From Actinomycetota bacterium (GTDB taxonomy: Bacteria; Actinomycetota; Acidimicrobiia; Acidimicrobiales; JACCXE01): a DNA stretch of 47,268 nucleotides. Location of the stretch: positions 1-47,268 of the forward strand of contig JBEEFR010000043.1 in assembly GCA_041166285.1 (NCBI GenBank), read 5' to 3'. Shown here in pieces: positions 30,021 through 40,798 of the stretch (its first letter is position 1; each line of letters opens with the position of its first letter). The notes under the pieces were generated by a model. It was not told where the DNA came from. It saw only the letters and a list, made by a program, of their open reading frames with translations, and ran no database searches. Position numbers and translations under genes: made by a program.

Positions 30021-31558
30021 GCCGTTGCTCCCTGTGTTGACTGTGTTTGCGCGCGGTACTGCTCGCGCAGCCGTCGCTTGTAGATCTTTCCGTTGTCCTC
30101 GCGCGGCAGCGCGTCGGTGAAGTCGACGGCGCGCGGGCACTTGTAGTGCGACAGGCGCTCGCGGCAGTGCGCCAGCAACTCGTCGGCTAACGCGGCGGAG
30201 GGTTCGACGCCAGTCTTGAGTTCGACGACAGCGAACACCGCCTCACCCCACTCTTCGTCGGGCACGCCGATCACCGCGGCGTCGCCGACAGCCGGATGCT
30301 CAAGCAGCACGGCATCGACTTCGGCGGGGTAGATGTTCACGCCGCCCGAGATGATGAGGTTGGCACTGCGGTCGGTGAGATAGAGGTAGCCCTCGTCGTC
30401 GAGGTAGCCGACGTCGCCGAGCGTGAAGTACTCGCCGCGGAACGAGTTCGCCGTCTTCTCCGTGTCTTTGAAGTACTGGAAGCGCGTCGCCTCAGGCGCC
30501 TTGATGTACACGAGACCGATCTCGCCGGCCGGGAGTCGCTCGCCGGCCTCGTCGCCGATGATCACCTGCTCGGGCAGGAACGGTTTGCCGACAGTGCCGG
30601 GGTGCGCGAGCCACGTCGCGGAGTCGACGAAGCTGCCGACGCCTTCGGTGGCTGCGTAGTACTCCCACACCACGGGGCCGAACCACTCGATGATCCCCTG
30701 CTTGACCGGCACCGGGCACGGCGCGGCGCCGTGCAGCACGTAGCGCAGCTTCGATATGTCGTACTTGGCGCGCACGTCGTCGGGCAGCGAGAGCAGGCGA
30801 TGGAACATCGTCGGGACCATGTGCGTGTGCGTCACGCCGTGCGTGTCCATGAGCCGCAGCGTTTCTTCGGCGTCCCACTTGTCCATGAGCACGACCGTCG
30901 CGCCGTAGACGAAGGGCGACGCCAGCGAAAACGCCAGCGGTGCTGCGTGATACAGCGGCCCGGTGCACAAGTGCACGTCGCCGCCTTCCTCGTTGTAACC
31001 GCCGAGGTTGATGTTGGCCGTCGCTGCCGCCGCCGCTGCCGGTGGGCGGTGCACGCCCTTCGGCCGGCCGGTCGTGCCCGAGGTGTAGAGCATCGTCGTG
31101 CCGGGCGACGGATCGGGCAGCGGCTCGGGCGACTCGGCGGCCATGGCGTCTTCGAACCGTTCGAAGCCGTCGGCGTCTCCGCCGGCGACGAGCGCCACCT
31201 TGCACGCCGGCGCGGCGCGCAAGCATGCGGCCGCCAGCGCGGTGAGCGACGCGTCGGCGATGAGCGCCTTCGCTTCGCAGTCGTCGACGATGTACGCCGC
31301 TTCCTCGCCCGTGAGGTGCCAGTTCACGGGCGTCAGCCGGAATCCACCGCGCTGGCACGCATACACCGTCTCGACGAACGCCGGTGTGTTGGTGGCGATC
31401 AGCGCGACGGCATCGCCCGGCACGAGGCCGCGGTTGCGAAGCGCGCGCGCCAGGCGATTGGCGTTGCCTTCCAGCTCCGCGAAGGTGCGGTTGCCGGCGT
31501 CGGAGATGATCGCGGCGCGATCAGGTGACGCGGCGGCCCAGTGTGCGAGATCAGGCAC
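30017..31558 (-). CDS. Acyl-CoA synthetase (AMP-binding)
   Basis: [44 protein letters not shown]. Confidence 0.94.
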   Translation of the reverse strand: MPDLAHWAAASPDRAAIISDAGNRTFAELEGNANRLARALRNRGLVPGDAVALIATNTPAFVETVYACQRGGFRLTPVNWHLTGEEAAYIVDDCEAKALIADASLTALAAACLRAAPACKVALVAGGDADGFERFEDAMAAESPEPLPDPSPGTTMLYTSGTTGRPKGVHRPPAAAAAATANINLGGYNEEGGDVHLCTGPLYHAAPLAFSLASPFVYGATVVLMDKWDAEETLRLMDTHGVTHTHMVPTMFHRLLSLPDDVRAKYDISKLRYVLHGAAPCPVPVKQGIIEWFGPVVWEYYAATEGVGSFVDSATWLAHPGTVGKPFLPEQVIIGDEAGERLPAGEIGLVYIKAPEATRFQYFKDTEKTANSFRGEYFTLGDVGYLDDEGYLYLTDRSANLIISGGVNIYPAEVDAVLLEHPAVGDAAVIGVPDEEWGEAVFAVVELKTGVEPSAALADELLAHCRERLSHYKCPRAVDFTDALPREDNGKIYKRRLREQYRAQTQSTQGATA

Positions 31559-31594
31559 TGATGTTTCCCCCCATCCGATTACTGCTGCGTGGTT

Positions 31595-32695
31595 CTAGCT
31601 CGCGGCCGCAGCGCGTGCTTCGCGGTCCTTCGCGACCTCGTCGTACGTCTCGTAATCCGAGCCGGTGTCGTCGGAGAACTCGTACTGCAACAGGCCGGCT
31701 TCGCCCCACAGGTTGCGGAGGTGCCCGTCGTTGGCGTCGAGCAGACCGAGCTTGCGCACGTTGGGCACGAGCTTGGCGAAGAAACCGGCTTCGAACCCGC
31801 CGAACTGGCTGCGGTCGATCTTCTGGCTCGCTTCGAGCAGCGACGGCAGCGACTCTTCCATCGTCGTTCCCATCCGCTCCCAGATTTCGGGCGTCACGGA
31901 ACGGGCGCGGCTGCGCAGCGTGTTCTCGGCGAGGAAGTCCTGGCGCTCTTTCAGCTCTGCGGACGACAGCTCTTGGTAGAACTCGGCGAGGCTGAGCACG
32001 CCGAAGGCGACGTGGCGCGCTTCGTCCGACATGACGTAGCGCAGCAACTTCTTCAGCAGCGGCTCTTCCGTGGCGCGCAGCATGCTGCCGAACGCCGCCA
32101 GCGCCAGCGACTCGATGACGATCTGCATGCCGAGGTACGCGATGTCCCAGCGGTCGTCGTGCATCAGCGCGTCGATCTGCGCCTCGAGGAACGGGCTCAT
32201 CGGATAGGCCTCGCCGAGCTTCGTGTGCAGGTACTTGGCGAAGACTTCCGTGTGGCGCGCCTCGTCCATCGTCTGGGTGGCGGCGTAGTACTTCGCGTCG
32301 ATCCACGGCACGGTCTCGACGATCTTGGCGGCGACGAGCATCGCGCCCTGCTCGCCGTGCATGAACTGGCTCAGCATCGCCTTCATCGACTCGATGCCGA
32401 GCTTGGTGAACTCCTTCTCGCTCCACTTGGAGAACGGCGAGCCGTCGATCTTGGCGGCTTCGCGCGCCAGCTGCACCGTGAGGTTCGACTGCGGCGACGA
32501 ACGCACCACTTCTTCCGGATCGATCTCCGTCGACCAGTCGAGTTCGGTCACCGAGTTCCACTGCGACGACATCGCCTTGTTGTAGAGCGTGACGAGTTGC
32601 GCGCGGCTGCGGTCGTAGTCCCACAGGAACGTCCGCGGCGCGTTGTCCGTGACGTACTTGATCGTTTCGCGCTTCTCGGAGTCGGTAACGGTCAT
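31595..32695 (-). CDS. Ferritin-like diiron protein (AurF-like)
   Basis: GEQGA, DEARH, IESLA and DEARH diiron ligand set. True start MTVTDS overlaps the TetR stop (ATGA). Confidence 0.88.
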   Translation of the reverse strand: MTVTDSEKRETIKYVTDNAPRTFLWDYDRSRAQLVTLYNKAMSSQWNSVTELDWSTEIDPEEVVRSSPQSNLTVQLAREAAKIDGSPFSKWSEKEFTKLGIESMKAMLSQFMHGEQGAMLVAAKIVETVPWIDAKYYAATQTMDEARHTEVFAKYLHTKLGEAYPMSPFLEAQIDALMHDDRWDIAYLGMQIVIESLALAAFGSMLRATEEPLLKKLLRYVMSDEARHVAFGVLSLAEFYQELSSAELKERQDFLAENTLRSRARSVTPEIWERMGTTMEESLPSLLEASQKIDRSQFGGFEAGFFAKLVPNVRKLGLLDANDGHLRNLWGEAGLLQYEFSDDTGSDYETYDEVAKDREARAAAAS

Positions 32696-33297
32696 GACTG
32701 CTCTCTTTCTTGGGCCTTGCCAAAGCTCGCAACGATGCGAGACACGAGTGCGTCCCAGGACGCGGGGTCGGGTCCGTCGATACCGGCGCCGCGCTGCACG
32801 AGCAGCCCCAGCGCCATCGTGCGGACGAAGAACAACACGGCTTCGGCGTCGACGTCGTCGGCGACGGTGCCGTCGGCGAGCGCGGCGTCCACCAGCGGCT
32901 GCACGGCGGTGCGCCATTGCTGTTGCGCTTCGTGCACCGCGGCGGCGACGTCGGGCTCGCGCCGCGCCGTCACGAACGCTTCGAGGCGAACGGCCTCGGC
33001 GTCGGTGAGCGGCGCGTCCGACAGGGCGGCGACGCGTTGGATCAGTTCCGCCACGCGCCAGCCCTTCGGCGCGCCGATCTGCGAATGGCGCACGGCTTGA
33101 CCGATGACGGCCTCGCGCAGCAGCGCGTCCTTCGAGCGGAAGCGGCCGTACACGGCGCCGGTGGACAAGCCGGCTTCGCGGACGATGTCCTGGATCTTCG
33201 TCCCCGAATAGCCCTTGGCGGCGAAGACGCGGGCGGCGGCTTCGAGCAGCTTCGTGCGGAGCGGGTCGTCTCCCAGATCCTCCGCAGCGGCGTCCAT
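32692..33297 (-). CDS. TetR-family regulator
   Basis: LLEAAARVFA.KGY, IVREAGLSTGAVY..F.SK. Confidence 0.92.
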   Translation of the reverse strand: MDAAAEDLGDDPLRTKLLEAAARVFAAKGYSGTKIQDIVREAGLSTGAVYGRFRSKDALLREAVIGQAVRHSQIGAPKGWRVAELIQRVAALSDAPLTDAEAVRLEAFVTARREPDVAAAVHEAQQQWRTAVQPLVDAALADGTVADDVDAEAVLFFVRTMALGLLVQRGAGIDGPDPASWDALVSRIVASFGKAQEREQS

Positions 33298-33322
33298 CGC
33301 TCAAGAATAAAAGTTCTTCGGC

Positions 33323-33357
33323 TTGACCGTCAATCTATACTCAGTATGATACTGAGT
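33323..33357 (+). promoter_or_regulatory. Housekeeping-type promoter with overlapping palindromic operators
   Basis: TTGACC (33323)-N16-TATGAT (33345). Palindromes ACTCAGTAT-G-ATACTGAGT (33339-33357, likely PadR) and TTGAC-C-GTCAA (33323-33333, possibly TetR). Confidence 0.75.
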
Positions 33358-33945
33358 GTGACAATCAAGCACGCGTTGCTCGCCTTGCTGTCTGACCAGC
33401 CCAAATACGGTCTCCAGCTCCGTCAGGAATTCGAGGAGAAAACCGGCGAGATCTGGCCGCTCAACGTCGGGCAGGTGTACACAACCCTCCAGCGCCTCGA
33501 GCGCGACGGCCTCGTGGCCTCCGAGGGCGCCGACCGCGATGGCCGCGAAAACGTCTTCCGTCTCACCGACGCGGGGCGCGCCGAGCTGCTCGAGTGGCTC
33601 TCGACACCCGATCCGTCGTCGGCGCCGCCCCGCGACGAGCTCACGATCAAAGTCCTGATCGCGCTGAGCGTGCCCGGAGTCGACGTACGCGACATCGTGC
33701 AGCGCCACCGTCGCCACCTCGTCGAGGCGATGCAGCAGTTCACGCGCCTCAAGGAGGACGCGTCCGACGACGACGTCGCGTTGTCGCTCGTCGTCGACGC
33801 CGAGCTGTTCCGTCTCGAAGCCAAAGTGCGGTGGCTCGACGCCGCCGAGACCCGCATCCTCCGTTCTGGTCCTCCCCAGAACCGTGCGGCGGTCGCTGGG
33901 AGGACCAGTTCGGAAGAGAAGGAAGAGGAAGAGGTCGTCCGATGA
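33358..33945 (+). CDS. PadR-family regulator
   Basis: IKHALLALL, YGLQL, NVGQVYTTLQRLERDGLV, PRDEL; leaderless GTG. Confidence 0.92.
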   Translation: MTIKHALLALLSDQPKYGLQLRQEFEEKTGEIWPLNVGQVYTTLQRLERDGLVASEGADRDGRENVFRLTDAGRAELLEWLSTPDPSSAPPRDELTIKVLIALSVPGVDVRDIVQRHRRHLVEAMQQFTRLKEDASDDDVALSLVVDAELFRLEAKVRWLDAAETRILRSGPPQNRAAVAGRTSSEEKEEEEVVR

Positions 33946-34670
33946 CCGCGGCGTTGGAGTTGAAGGGTGTCGGGAAGGTGTACGGCGAGGGGGCGACGCA
34001 GGTCGACGCGCTCGTCGACGTCGATCTCACGGTCTCGGCCGGCGAACTCGTCGCCATCATGGGACCGAGCGGGTCGGGCAAGAGCACGCTGCTCACGGTC
34101 GCGGGCACGCTCGAGGAGCCGACGAGCGGTGAGGTGTTCATCGGAGGCACGCCCGTCGCCTCCATGTCGCGCAACGAACGCGCCCGGTTGCGGCGCCATT
34201 CGGTCGGTTACGTGTTCCAAGACTTCAACCTGCTCGCCGGCCTCACCGCCGTCGAAAACGTGGCGTTGCCACTCGAGCTCGACGGTATGAAGGCCAAGCG
34301 CGCACAAGCGATCGCCTTGGACGCGCTGGCGCAGTTCGACATGGACGAGCGGGCGCAGCGTTTCCCCGACGAGCTCTCGGGTGGCGAACGCCAGCGCGTC
34401 GCCATCGCGCGCGCCGTCGTCGGCGATCGAGGCTTGCTCCTCGCGGACGAGCCGACGGGCGCGCTCGACTCCGTGAACGGCGAAGCCGTGATGCGCCTGG
34501 TGCGCCAGGCGTGCAGTCGCAAGAACGTGGCCGGCGTCGTCGTCACACACGATTCGCAGCTGGCGTCGTGGGCCGACCGCATCGTGTTCATTCGTGACGG
34601 CCGCGTCGTCGACCAGACGGCGCCGCGCCCCGACCCGGACGCGCTCCTGGCTTCAGGCCGCAAGCTGTGA
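33942..34670 (+). CDS. ABC transporter ATP-binding protein (LolD/MacB type)
   Basis: GPSGSGKS, VFQDFNL, LSGGERQR, LADEPTGALD, VTHD. Confidence 0.95.
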   Translation: MTAALELKGVGKVYGEGATQVDALVDVDLTVSAGELVAIMGPSGSGKSTLLTVAGTLEEPTSGEVFIGGTPVASMSRNERARLRRHSVGYVFQDFNLLAGLTAVENVALPLELDGMKAKRAQAIALDALAQFDMDERAQRFPDELSGGERQRVAIARAVVGDRGLLLADEPTGALDSVNGEAVMRLVRQACSRKNVAGVVVTHDSQLASWADRIVFIRDGRVVDQTAPRPDPDALLASGRKL

Positions 34671-37039
34671 GACCCGTTCTTCGCTGGGGCATTCGCCTGT
34701 TCAAACGCGACTGGCGTCAGCAGTTGCTCGTCATCGGGTTGCTGACCTTCGCCGTCGCCGCCGCGCTGTTCTTGTCCGTGGCGGTGTCGAACTCGTTGGC
34801 GCAGCCCGACGCGGAGTTCGGAAACGCCAACCTGCTCATCCGCCGACGCGCCGACGACGGACCGCGCGCCGCGGCCAACCTCGACGCCGTCCGTCGCCAG
34901 TTCGGCACGATCGAAGTGATTGGGCACCGGACGATCGAGATCCCCGGCTCAGCCGACACGATCGACTTCCGGTCGCAAAAAGCCGACGGTCCGTTCAGCG
35001 GACCAATGCTGCGGGTGCGCGCTGGCCACCTGCCCGCGTCCGCCGGCGAGGTGGCGCTGACGAACAACGCCGCCGCGGACCTGCACGCGCGCCTCGGTGG
35101 CGCTGCGTCGCTCGGCGGGAAGCAGTTTCGCGTCGTCGGCCTCGTCGAGAATCCGGCGGAGTTGAACGAAGAGTTCGCGGTCGGGGTGGACAGCGACGTT
35201 GCTGCGCAGAGCCTCGCCATCCTGGCGGACGGCAAGTTCGACCCGCAGCACGCGAATCAGATCCGCGGCGGCGCGACGTTCTCCGTCGGGACGCGCGGCC
35301 AGGACGACAAGCCGCTGGCCGCGGCGATCGTCCTTTTGCTGTCGAGCGTGTTGCTGATGCTCGTCGCCCTCGTCGCCACTGCGAGCTTCGCCGTCATCGC
35401 GCACCGACGGCAGCGACAGCTCGGCATGCTGGCGAGCGTCGGGGCGAGCGACGCGCAACTGCGGCTCGTGATGCTGAGCAACGGCGTCGCCGTCGGCGTC
35501 GTCTCGGCGGTTGTCGGCGCCGCGCTCGGCCTGGTCGCGTGGTTCGCGCTGCAGTTACCGCTCGAGCACGCGTTCAACCACCGTTTGGACATGGCTGACG
35601 TGCCGCTTTGGATCGTCGGCGGAACGACGTTGCTGGCGCTGCTCGCCGCGACCGGTGCGGCGTGGTGGCCGGCGCGCGCCGTCACCCGCGTGCCGGTGAC
35701 CGAAGCACTCAGCGGTCGTCCGCCACGGCCAACCGCCGCACACCGCTCGGTGGTCCTCGCCGCGGTGCTGCTCGTCGCCGGGTGCGCGGCAATGGCGAGT
35801 GGGGTCAACACCGTTCATGGCGACGCCAACCCGTGGTTGCTGATTCCCGGCACGATCGCGGTGGTCATCGGCGTGCTCGTGTTGAGTCCGATCGCCATCC
35901 GCGCCATGAGCGGCGCGACGCGGCGCGCGCCGCTCCCACTGCGACTCGCGCTGCGCGATCTCAACCGGTACCAGGCGCGCTCGGGCGCGGCGCTCGCCGC
36001 GATCGCGCTCGGTCTCGGCATCGCGGTGTGCACCGTCGTCGTGGCGACCGTCGCCAAGCAACACTTCGACGAGGGCAACCTGCCCAACAATCAACTGCTG
36101 TTCACGACGCGCAACGACTTCATCGCGCCCGAGCGCGTTGCTGACCTTCACGGTGAAGTGGACGCGTTCGCGCGCACGCTCCCCAGCGCACACGTCTACG
36201 ACCTCAAGGTCGTCCAGAATCAAGTCCCACCCGAGCTGCGAGGAAAGTTCGAAGGCGAACCACTCCCGCCGCTCGAGCTCGGCCGTCAGGTCGGGCCGCA
36301 CAGCTGGCGGTTCGTCGCACGCATTTATGTCGGCACACCGGAGTTACTGGCGCGGATGGGCCTGCACCCAGGGCCAGACGTCGACATCCTCACCGTGGCG
36401 ACCGGCAAGGTGCAGCCGGTCTCGCTAATCCGTCGCACGCCGTCGCTGCACGCGCAGCACTACGCCGGTCCGGCCTACCGCTCCGGCCCGACCTCGCTCA
36501 TCACCGACGCCGGGCTTCGGAAGCTCGGCCTGCCCCAACAGACGAGCGGCTGGATGGTCGCGACGGACCACCCGCTTACAAAACGCGACGTACGCGCCGC
36601 GCGCCAAGCAGCAGCGGACATCGGAATGATCGCCGAAGCGCGTGACGCACAAGCGAGCCTGTTGGCGACGCGCACGATCGCGACAGCTGCGGGAGTGCTC
36701 GTGGCCCTGGCCCTGCTGGCGATGACGATCGGACTGATCCGCAGCGAGGCGGGACGCGACATGCAGACGCTCGTTGCCGCCGGTGCGACGAGCTTCACCC
36801 GTCGCGCGCTGACGGCGTCGACCTCGGCCAGCTTGGCGTTGCTCGGCAGCATTCTCGGGATCGGGGGTGCGTACCTCGGTCTCGGCGCGATTTATCTCGA
36901 CCGCATCTCCGACCTGTCGCATCCGCCGCTGCCGGAGTTGGTCACGTTGCTCATCGGACTGCCACTCATCGCCGCCGCGGCAGGGTGGTTGCTCTCAGGA
37001 CGCGAACCGGTCGCCATCGCCCGGCACGCCCTCGACTAG
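34667..37039 (+). CDS. FtsX-like ABC permease
   Basis: Two repeats with RRQRQLGML.SVGA and RDMQTLVAAGA motifs plus extracellular loops; GTGA overlap. Confidence 0.9.
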   Translation: MRPVLRWGIRLFKRDWRQQLLVIGLLTFAVAAALFLSVAVSNSLAQPDAEFGNANLLIRRRADDGPRAAANLDAVRRQFGTIEVIGHRTIEIPGSADTIDFRSQKADGPFSGPMLRVRAGHLPASAGEVALTNNAAADLHARLGGAASLGGKQFRVVGLVENPAELNEEFAVGVDSDVAAQSLAILADGKFDPQHANQIRGGATFSVGTRGQDDKPLAAAIVLLLSSVLLMLVALVATASFAVIAHRRQRQLGMLASVGASDAQLRLVMLSNGVAVGVVSAVVGAALGLVAWFALQLPLEHAFNHRLDMADVPLWIVGGTTLLALLAATGAAWWPARAVTRVPVTEALSGRPPRPTAAHRSVVLAAVLLVAGCAAMASGVNTVHGDANPWLLIPGTIAVVIGVLVLSPIAIRAMSGATRRAPLPLRLALRDLNRYQARSGAALAAIALGLGIAVCTVVVATVAKQHFDEGNLPNNQLLFTTRNDFIAPERVADLHGEVDAFARTLPSAHVYDLKVVQNQVPPELRGKFEGEPLPPLELGRQVGPHSWRFVARIYVGTPELLARMGLHPGPDVDILTVATGKVQPVSLIRRTPSLHAQHYAGPAYRSGPTSLITDAGLRKLGLPQQTSGWMVATDHPLTKRDVRAARQAAADIGMIAEARDAQASLLATRTIATAAGVLVALALLAMTIGLIRSEAGRDMQTLVAAGATSFTRRALTASTSASLALLGSILGIGGAYLGLGAIYLDRISDLSHPPLPELVTLLIGLPLIAAAAGWLLSGREPVAIARHALD

Positions 37040-40000
37040 CGGCGGGAACGTGGCGCGCACGCCGAGGCGCTCGAAGATCGCGTCGCGCTCGGCAGCCAAT
37101 TCATCGGACGACTCGGTGCGAAGGAACGCGTCAATACCGAGCGCCACCTCGAACGGCAGCCCCTGCTCGCGCGCGGTCGCGACGGCACACTCGAAGGCGC
37201 GGCGCGCCGCGTCACTGTCGCCGAGCGCCAGGTGGGCGTAGCCGATCCCCCGGTGCAACCGCGGGGACAACAGCGCGTTCCCCTTGCGCGTCGCGGCGTG
37301 CAGCGCGTGCTCGAGCAGGGTCAGGGCATCGCCGGCGGCGCCCTCACGGATCATGCACTCGGCGATCCAGTAGTCGAACTCCGCGGTATCGGCCCCGAGG
37401 TCTTCGGCGGCCCAGCGCGCTTGGTCGAAGACGTCGTGCGCCTTCATCACGTCGCCGCGCTGCAACGCCGCGCGCCCCATGTTCATCAGCGCACCCGGAA
37501 CGGGGCCGGGGTGGCCGACGGAACGCCACAGGCTGATGACGTCACTGAGCCCGGTCACTTCTTCTCCGCGACCCTGGTCGAGCAGCACGTCGGTGATGTT
37601 CGTGGAGCCATAGCCCGCGGTCACGAGGTCGCCCGCAGCGACGTAGGCGTCGCGACTGCGCTGGAACTGATCGAGCGCCTCGTCCCACGCTCCGGTCCAG
37701 TAGGCGTTCACGCCGAGCACCACGCGCACGTCACCCTCGTCCTTCTTGGCGCCAAGGTCCATCCAGATGGCGAGCGCCTCGTGCAGGTGGTTCGCGAACC
37801 CGGCCTGGCCGAGCACGCCCGACGCCAGGTTGGCGACGGTGTAGGCGCGGGCGAGCGCCTTGCGGTTGTTCGATGCGTGCGCGTCGGTGATGGCTTGCTT
37901 GGCCCAGGCGAGCGCCCTGCGGTTGTCGTTGGCGCGGTGCAGTTGGTCGGCGCGTAGCACGCGCAGCTCGGCGCGCAGTTCGGTGGCGCCGCGGCTGTCG
38001 TCGCCGTCGAGCAAGCGCAAACCGCGGTTGGCCCAACGCGCGGCGCTCGCGCCCTGGCCGCGGTTGATCGCGAGGAAAGTCTCGAGCTGACACATGCGCG
38101 CCAGGAAGTGCGTGTCACCTTCACCCAAGGAGCGCGCCCGCGCCAGTGCCGACTTCGCCTGGTCGTACAGGTTCGCCTGGATCGCGACCGAGGCGAGATA
38201 GCTGAAGATTTTCGCGAGCGGCGGCACCAGCCGCCCGTCGATCTGACTCCCCGCCGCCAGCGCTCGCTCGTACAGCGCGGCCGCTTCGACGTTCGCGTAC
38301 TTGTTGCTGGCGCGCTCTGCGGCCTCGAGCGAGTACACCCAGCATTTGTCGTACATCTGCGCGTGCCAGAAGTGGAACGACAGGTTCTCGAACCGTTCGG
38401 TGGCCGACGGATCCATCGCCGCCTCGATCGACAGGCCGGCCTTGGCGTGCAACTCCTTGCGTTTGCGGAACGACAACGTCTCGTAGGCGACTTCGCGGTA
38501 GCACTCGTTGCGGAACCGCAACCAACCTTTGCCCGACGGCTCGAGGAAGTGGCGCAACCGGCCCGACACGCCGCGGGAGTCAACTCCCTCCGCGGAGACG
38601 AGTTCGTCGAGACGGGCCGCCTCGAACATCGGACCGAGCACTGCGGCGTACCGCAACGCCTGGCGGTCGCGCGGCGGCAGCGTGTCGATCTTCGCCGCGA
38701 CGACCGACTCCAGGCTGCCCGACAGCGTCGCTTCACCCGCGCCTGCGGCGGCAGCCTGCGCCAACTGCTCGACGAAAAGCGGATTGCCTCCGGCGCGATC
38801 GACGAGCGCGTCAACTTGGTCAGGACGCAACAACGTGTTCGCGCCCGCGGCGGCTTGAAGGAGGCTGCGCGCGTTGCTCTCGTCGAGGGCGTCGAGCATC
38901 AGCCGCAGCGTCGTCTCGTCGCCCGGCTTGTAACCGCTGTCGTCGACGCGCCTGCTTAGGCACACGAGCCAGCGCCGTGTTTTGGCGCGTTGCGCAATGG
39001 CGCGCAGGACCTCAGCGGAGAGATCGTCGACCCACTGCGCGTCCTCCACGACGAACAGCTGGAGGCCGGGTACCGCGGCGTCGAGCAAGTCGGCGACGGC
39101 GCGCACTGTTTGGTCGCGCAAGAACCTTGGATCAAGCGCGTCGCTCTCCGGCGTCGACGGCATGTCAATCGACAGCACCGCACCGATGAGGGGCAGCCAC
39201 GGCAGGAGCTCGGGGGCCAACTCGGTCACCAGGGCGCGCAGAACCGACGGCGCGTCCTCGGTGACCGTCTTCATCCCGAGCGCGCCGCGCACGAGGAATC
39301 GCGCCGCGAAGTACGGGGTGTTCGCTTCATAGGCCTCACAGAACGCCGTAACCGTCGGCGCGTCCGGCGCTTCGCCGATGAACTCGCGCAGCAGTCGCGA
39401 CTTGCCGATGCCGGCCTCGCCCGCGATGTCGACGAGGCCGCCGCGGCCGGCGCGCACGTCGTCGACGGCACGGCGCAACAAGGCGCGCTCGTCTTCGCGG
39501 CCGACGAAGGGAAGGTCGGTCAGTCTGCGCATCCGCCGCCGCACGCGCTCGCCGACGAGGAGTGCCTCGACGGGCCGCGCTTTGCCCTTGACGAAGAACG
39601 GCGGAAGCTTCGTCGTGACGAACTCCGACGCCGCGAGGTCGAGCACTTCGCTCGTGGCGCGCACCTCGCCCGGTGCCGCGCTCGCCATCAACCGCGCCGC
39701 CAGATTCACGGTGTCGCCCATGACCGTGTACGTACGCCGGTACGACGGGCCGACCTCACCGACGAACGCGTGCCCGTGATGCACGCCGACGCGCACGGCC
39801 AATCGGCGCTCGCTTTCGACGATGCGTCGCATCGCCCGCAACACGCGACCCTCGTCGTCGTCGAGGGCGCGCGGCGCGCCCCCCATCATGATGAGCTTGC
39901 CGCCGTCCTTGTCGGCGTCGGTACCGAGGAACGTCACGCCTTCGTCGTCGACGGCGGCCTGCACGTCGCGCACGAGGGCGTGCAACTCCGCGGCCGCAAC

Positions 40001-40798
40001 CGCCGGTCCGTCAGCGGCGATGACCTGATCGATCCCGTCGAAACGAATGAAGGCTACGGTGATGCGGCGATGCTCGGGCTCGACCGACGTCGCCAGGTGA
40101 TCGCGCAAGGCGACCGGAATTGCGTCGCGCAGGTCGACGCCCGCGTCGCGCGTGGGCGGGAACGAAACGTCGGGCGAGATCGGTGGACGTGACTTGAGCA
40201 AGAAGCCCGGGCCTGCAGGTTCGCCGACGAGGCGCGGCGAGATCCGCGCGGCGGTACCAGCGCTGATGACGATCTGACCGGCACCGGCGGTCTGCTCCAT
40301 CGCCACGACGCTCGACGGGCCGGGCCCGGCGATGAGCAGTTCGTGGTGTGACTCGCCGACGCGGAACAGATGGACGTCACCGGAGTGCACGCCGGCTGAC
40401 ATGCGCAGACGGATGTTGCCTACTGACGTCGCGATGCGACCGCTACGCGCCAAGCGGGCCCGCATCTGCAGCGCGCTACGCACGGCGCGCTCCGGATGGT
40501 CTTCACCGTCGAAGAGCAGGAAAAGTGCGTCGCCGCCGAACTTCACGAGGCTGCCGCCGTCGGCGTACGCCGCCACGAGGAGATCCGCGAAACACGCGCT
40601 CAGCGTCTGTGTCAGCTCTTCAGCGCCGAGGGCCCCCCGTTTCGCAAGGCGCTCCGACAGAGCAGTAAACCCGGAGATGTCAATGAAGACGAGCGACGCG
40701 TCGACCGCACGCCATGTGCACTCTGGGTCGTCGCGAGCCCAGTCAACGGCGAACCGTGGGAAATACGCGGAAAGATCCACGGCCGCAGCTCTGGGCAC
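36995..40798 (-). CDS. Tandem class III nucleotide cyclase + STAND NTPase + TPR protein
   Basis: FIDISGFT/KFGGDA, YTVMGDTVNLAAR, FVGRE.E, GEAGIGKS, VEDAQWVD, GGNPLF, helical repeats. Start may instead be GTG 40780. Confidence 0.9.
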   Translation of the reverse strand: MPRAAAVDLSAYFPRFAVDWARDDPECTWRAVDASLVFIDISGFTALSERLAKRGALGAEELTQTLSACFADLLVAAYADGGSLVKFGGDALFLLFDGEDHPERAVRSALQMRARLARSGRIATSVGNIRLRMSAGVHSGDVHLFRVGESHHELLIAGPGPSSVVAMEQTAGAGQIVISAGTAARISPRLVGEPAGPGFLLKSRPPISPDVSFPPTRDAGVDLRDAIPVALRDHLATSVEPEHRRITVAFIRFDGIDQVIAADGPAVAAAELHALVRDVQAAVDDEGVTFLGTDADKDGGKLIMMGGAPRALDDDEGRVLRAMRRIVESERRLAVRVGVHHGHAFVGEVGPSYRRTYTVMGDTVNLAARLMASAAPGEVRATSEVLDLAASEFVTTKLPPFFVKGKARPVEALLVGERVRRRMRRLTDLPFVGREDERALLRRAVDDVRAGRGGLVDIAGEAGIGKSRLLREFIGEAPDAPTVTAFCEAYEANTPYFAARFLVRGALGMKTVTEDAPSVLRALVTELAPELLPWLPLIGAVLSIDMPSTPESDALDPRFLRDQTVRAVADLLDAAVPGLQLFVVEDAQWVDDLSAEVLRAIAQRAKTRRWLVCLSRRVDDSGYKPGDETTLRLMLDALDESNARSLLQAAAGANTLLRPDQVDALVDRAGGNPLFVEQLAQAAAAGAGEATLSGSLESVVAAKIDTLPPRDRQALRYAAVLGPMFEAARLDELVSAEGVDSRGVSGRLRHFLEPSGKGWLRFRNECYREVAYETLSFRKRKELHAKAGLSIEAAMDPSATERFENLSFHFWHAQMYDKCWVYSLEAAERASNKYANVEAAALYERALAAGSQIDGRLVPPLAKIFSYLASVAIQANLYDQAKSALARARSLGEGDTHFLARMCQLETFLAINRGQGASAARWANRGLRLLDGDDSRGATELRAELRVLRADQLHRANDNRRALAWAKQAITDAHASNNRKALARAYTVANLASGVLGQAGFANHLHEALAIWMDLGAKKDEGDVRVVLGVNAYWTGAWDEALDQFQRSRDAYVAAGDLVTAGYGSTNITDVLLDQGRGEEVTGLSDVISLWRSVGHPGPVPGALMNMGRAALQRGDVMKAHDVFDQARWAAEDLGADTAEFDYWIAECMIREGAAGDALTLLEHALHAATRKGNALLSPRLHRGIGYAHLALGDSDAARRAFECAVATAREQGLPFEVALGIDAFLRTESSDELAAERDAIFERLGVRATFPPLVEGVPGDGDRFAS

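Noticed and set aside
31595-33304. 569-aa ORF suggesting an N-terminally extended diiron protein
   Set aside because: The extension is an off-frame read of the TetR gene; the real start is 32695 with an ATGA overlap.
32710-33357. Long N-terminal extension of PadR (411-aa ORF)
   Set aside because: It is the antisense shadow of TetR; promoter and operator place the start at 33358.
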